Source: the human T2T-CHM13v2.0 reference genome, Homo sapiens | DNA: 64,000 bases | Strand: one strand, 5' to 3' | Assembly: GCF_009914755.1 (NCBI RefSeq) | Contig: NC_060934.1 | Part shown: piece after piece, positions 61,836 through 64,000 of the stretch | Layout of the letters: every line of letters starts with the position of its first letter | Numbering within the stretch: position 1 is the stretch's first letter | Notes under the pieces: model-generated | What the model was told of the DNA's origin: nothing | The model's input: the letters and a program-made list of their open reading frames with translations, nothing else | The model's database searches: none | Translations under genes and position numbers: made by a program

Positions 61836-64000
61836 CTGAATTTGGGGAGAAAAACATAGACATACACACACACAAGAATGATGCTGGATCCATTGCTCTG
61901 GTGGTTGTAACATATCACTGGGCCCCCGCTCTCCTCCTCCTTTCTTTTTCTGCTGCTATTTTGTCTCCTGTGATTATCCCTGGGAATGCAAGGTCTCCTA
62001 ATTAGCACTTGCTAATGAAAGAAACCTCAGAAACAGAAGAAGGAAGAGACGAGATGCTCTCTCTCCCCTTGCAGCTGACAGGACGCAGAGCCAAAGAGCC
62101 TGTTTAAATGGGTGCTAACCCTAGAGTATTTGCGGGTGTGTCGGGCTCCGGCCGAGCCTCCTGCGAAATCAGCTGCCCCATCCCCTTCTGCTTTCTGCTT
62201 TTACAGATCTGTCCTCCCAAACATTCTTGTAGCAAATGTGCCTCCAAATCTCCTGGGATCCCAAGATTAGGCTCTGCTCTGTGGAGTATAACCTTTAATC
62301 TCTACACAGCGTAGTTTGCCCTGGTAATCATATTTAATACAAGGTCCTATTTCCTGAAATATAATATGAGATGTGTTGGGTTCCCCCCAGCTTTGACACT
62401 TGCCTTTCTCCTTCCATGCAGAAATGTTTAATAAATAACTTTGATGAAGTCTTGAACTTAAGACCATGGATGTGATTAACTCCCCACTTCACTATTCACA
62501 TTGATCATAAAAAAAATGGGATTTGAAAAATAGAGCTTTTAAGTTAATGAGGCTTTACATAAAGCCAAGTTAGTATTTTAAGACAGGAAAATGATGACTA
62601 CATTCTGACCATCTGCGCCTTGCTAAAACCAAGAAGGAAAGAACGGTCAGACACATGGTAGTGGTGTGGCTCCTGGTTTCTCTGTGTGTGTATGTGTGTG
62701 TGTGTGTGCACATGCACTTCTAGAGCCTGGTGAAGTGCCTCCATTTCAAGGATATCCATGGGCATATATTTCTTCAAACAGACCCCCCTCTCTTCTCTAC
62801 AATGGTGTCTGGTTCCCTGCCAGGGCTGTGCTTACTGAAAAAGCCAGCCTTTTAAAAAAAAACTTTTTGAGAATTTTCTGCATGCATGAGGCACTATGGT
62901 ACCATCACTCACATACAGTAGGCAAAAAGCAATGAAGGAATATAAGTAAATTAAATGTGACCTGCAGCTTTTGCACAAATTGCATAGTATCTTACTCCAT
63001 ACAGAGCTTGGGCTTGCTCAGAAACAGCAACAACAGCAGTAATGTCAACATCAACTACTAATATTTGCTGAATGCTTACTATGTGCCAGGCGTGGTGGGA
63101 AGCACATTATCTGCATTGTCTCATTTAATCCTCACAATAACCCTATGGGGTAGATATTATTATACCCAATTTAAAGATCATGGAACTTGGGGCTAAGAGT
63201 GTGTTAATTATTTGCTCATGGTCCCAAAGCCAGTAAGTGGTAGGGCAGACTCACACTCAAATCTGCAGACTCCACAGTCCACGCTGGAAAATGGGGATGC
63301 TGAGGACACAAAGACAATGACAGCAGCAGGGGAGATTTATCTGAGACACACCCAGCCTTCTGTTTACCGGGGCCCAAAGGGAGAGTGACCTTAGACTTAA
63401 TCATGATGGATATTAATACCCACAGGCGGATATTCTAGGCAGAGACAGTGGAGGCAAGGTCGCAGCTCAGAAAGGTTTAGCGAGTTTGAAGCAAGACTGT
63501 ACAGAGACTGTGATTACAGGAAGGAGCCATCCCTTAGAGGCAGGGGACTCACAAAAGTTAGCAGAGGAGAGAGAGCTCAAGGGCCTGTGAGATGCTGGAG
63601 AGTGCCTGGAGCCTGAGGAGGAAGCTCAGTTAGCAGGAGAGGGGCTGCTTAGTGAGGTCAGGAAATGAGACCCTGGGTGTCAAGCACTCAGCATCAGGGA
63701 CTCAGCCTACAGCTGTGGGCTGGTGGGGCTGCTGGTGAGTGCCAGTGTCATCGCCACGCCTCAGCTTCATGGGGCTGACTGGGTGGACAAACAGTGGAGG
63801 GGGGATTTGTTGGAAGGTGGTAGAGCCAAAAGTAGACAGCCTTTCAAGAATGGAAGGAAGCATTGCCACGAATGTCCCAAAGCCACTAGCAAGCTGAGGA
63901 CAGTGGACAGTTTCTATTCCCTGCTGTGGGTGACTCATAGCATAATTGTGGCACTAGGGAAATAAGGCTGAATCCATCTGGATGTCAAGGGCAAAGTCCA

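Overview
Primate (human-like) eukaryotic genomic DNA, not prokaryotic. The minus strand carries the 3' half of FRMPD2 (KIND-FERM-3xPDZ scaffold). I traced 14 GT-AG exons from 61835 down to the TGA at 26261-26263, with all splice phases consistent. They encode the post-FERM linker, PDZ1-3 and the C-terminal tail; the 5' exons lie beyond the window end. The 3' UTR ends at an AATAAA (25723-25728) that sits inside an antisense MIR. About 16 kb further downstream, a CpG island (about 9030-9600) has a strong minus-strand splice donor, where the first exon of the neighbouring PTPN20-family copy is expected. The main result is an intact 282-nt phase-2/phase-2 coding exon (25032-25313) just beyond the canonical poly(A) site. 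It splices in frame from the penultimate FRMPD2 exon and can continue to a small terminal exon (22381-22402) with its own ATTAAA. This predicts an alternative acidic C-terminus and may be a relic of the ancestral PTPN13-like FRMPD2-PTPN20 gene. The rest is intronic or intergenic DNA rich in Alu, L1, L2, MIR, MaLR/ERV LTRs and hAT DNA transposons. It also holds several local rearrangements: a 106-bp 92%-identical inverted repeat, an internal L1 inversion and micro template-switch events. Repeat subfamily names and the gene identity come from recalled consensus and protein sequences, not from a search.
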